A stretch of 32,930 nt of DNA. Origin: Polymyxa betae A26-41 (lineage: Eukaryota > Protista > Endomyxa: Phytomyxea). Shown in pieces: positions 32,101 to 32,930 of this stretch. The stretch lies in the NCBI GenBank assembly GCA_003693705.1, contig RBZT01000446.1, positions 1 through 32,930 of the forward strand. Reading direction: 5' to 3'. The translations under genes were made by a program, and so were the position numbers. The notes beneath the pieces were generated by a model. The model was not told the origin of the DNA. It saw only the letters and a program-made list of their open reading frames with translations, and did no database searches. Every line of letters begins with the position of its first letter. Position 1 is the first letter of the stretch.

Positions 32101-32930
32101 TACCCGTGCAATAACCACTGCTCGAGCCTTACTCGGTATTTTTGCTATTGAATCGTTCCCGTTGAAGATGACATCAGATCGCGGATCCGCGTTCACATCA
32201 ACGCTGTTTGAAGACGTTGTCGAAAATCTTGGGGATACAGCTGGCAACCACAGTCGCGTATCGTGCTAAGGCGAACGCGATGGCGGAGCGCCCACATTCC
32301 TTTCTCCGGTCCTGTTTGTGCTCAATGAGTAACGACACCCAGACGGATTGGAACGAGTTTGTCGACCTCATCAGCTGTCATACCGGTCTTGTGTTCATCC
32401 TGCCCTCGGAGAAAAGCCCTTCTTCTTGGAACGAGGACGCGATCCGAGAATCCCTCAAGAGACCTTGATGGCCGTCTATGACACCCAGGGTTCAGACGAA
32501 GTTCACGAGTTACGAACAAAACTGATTGACCGCATGAAACGGGCTCAAGAAGTTGCTGTCGAATATGATCAGAAGATGGTCCAAAGAAATGCCAAAGCTT
32601 ACGACGCTAATAGGTACGACGTTCAGTTTAACATCGGGCAGCTTGTATGGGTTTTACGAGAACCACGCCCGGCAAACAATCTAGATCCATCAAGGCGTTC
32701 CACGAAGCTTGAAAAACACTGTTCGGGACCTTGGCGAGTAATTATTCAGAAACAGCAAAACAACTACCGTTTACAGAATACGCACACTGGAGCCGAGGAC
32801 ACCTTCAATGTTGACAGCCTGGTCCCCGTCGTCATCACCGAATGGACCGTCGCCGCAGACCAGTTTGATGAGCGCAATGACGAAGACGACGATTCCGACG
32901 CCAACGAACAGAGCCCGCCAGCCGACGCCG
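29147..32930 (+). pseudogene. pol: pol: aspartic protease, reverse transcriptase, RNase H, integrase
   Basis: PR: VLIDTCSSVNLIS...ILLGTN. RT: SPWAAAVVIAPKK..WRFAVDYRKLN, LDLASGFHQI, MPFGLKCAPATFQ, YLDDILI. RNase H: VKTDFSHIAMGAVL, SDHLSL, DADAVSR. IN: AGHFGQDRT..CLVCQQ, IHVDHYGPL, SDRGSAFTS, AMAER, and GPW (GPY/F-type) motif near 32725. Confidence 0.95.

Larger units (their letters stand above)
28365..32930 (+). mobile_element. Ty3/Gypsy LTR retrotransposon internal region (gag-PR-RT-RNaseH-IN), decayed; no 5' LTR visible; runs off the window
   Basis: Domain order PR-RT-RH-IN is the Ty3/Gypsy order. Multiple stops (28982, 30124, 30463) and frameshifts (~29950, ~31540, ~31730, ~32215, ~32380). 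Confidence 0.95.

Overview
Eukaryotic nuclear DNA rich in transposons, with short GT-AG introns (mostly 51-61 nt) and CTAAC/CTAAT-type branch points. The gene content (secreted ankyrin protein, 7TM-RGS paralogues, scattered TTAGGG/TTTAGGG/TTTTAGGG motifs) suggests a protist such as a plasmodiophorid; this taxonomy is inference only. Host-type genes: a signal peptide + F-box + ankyrin gene with one in-frame TAG (379-~1600, +), an intronless 7TM-RGS gene (3657-4997, -), a two-exon F-box-like gene (17967-18690, -) and a six-exon 7TM-RGS paralogue reconstructed by hand (21920-24404, -). Mobile elements: a decayed LINE lacking its RT, a PIF/Harbinger element (DDE transposase plus convergent Myb/SANT gene), a Mutator-like element with about 135-bp TIRs and a second internal gene, and a decayed Ty3/Gypsy element running off the right edge. 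The most interesting signals are: (i) an in-frame gag-pol UAG in the Gypsy element followed by a purine-rich 7-nt spacer and an 11-bp stem-loop, resembling gammaretroviral readthrough; (ii) the secreted F-box/ankyrin effector-like gene; (iii) the intronless versus spliced 7TM-RGS pair; (iv) telomere-like motifs recurring in introns, a promoter, hairpins and a TIR. All domain calls come from recognising motifs by eye; no database search was run.
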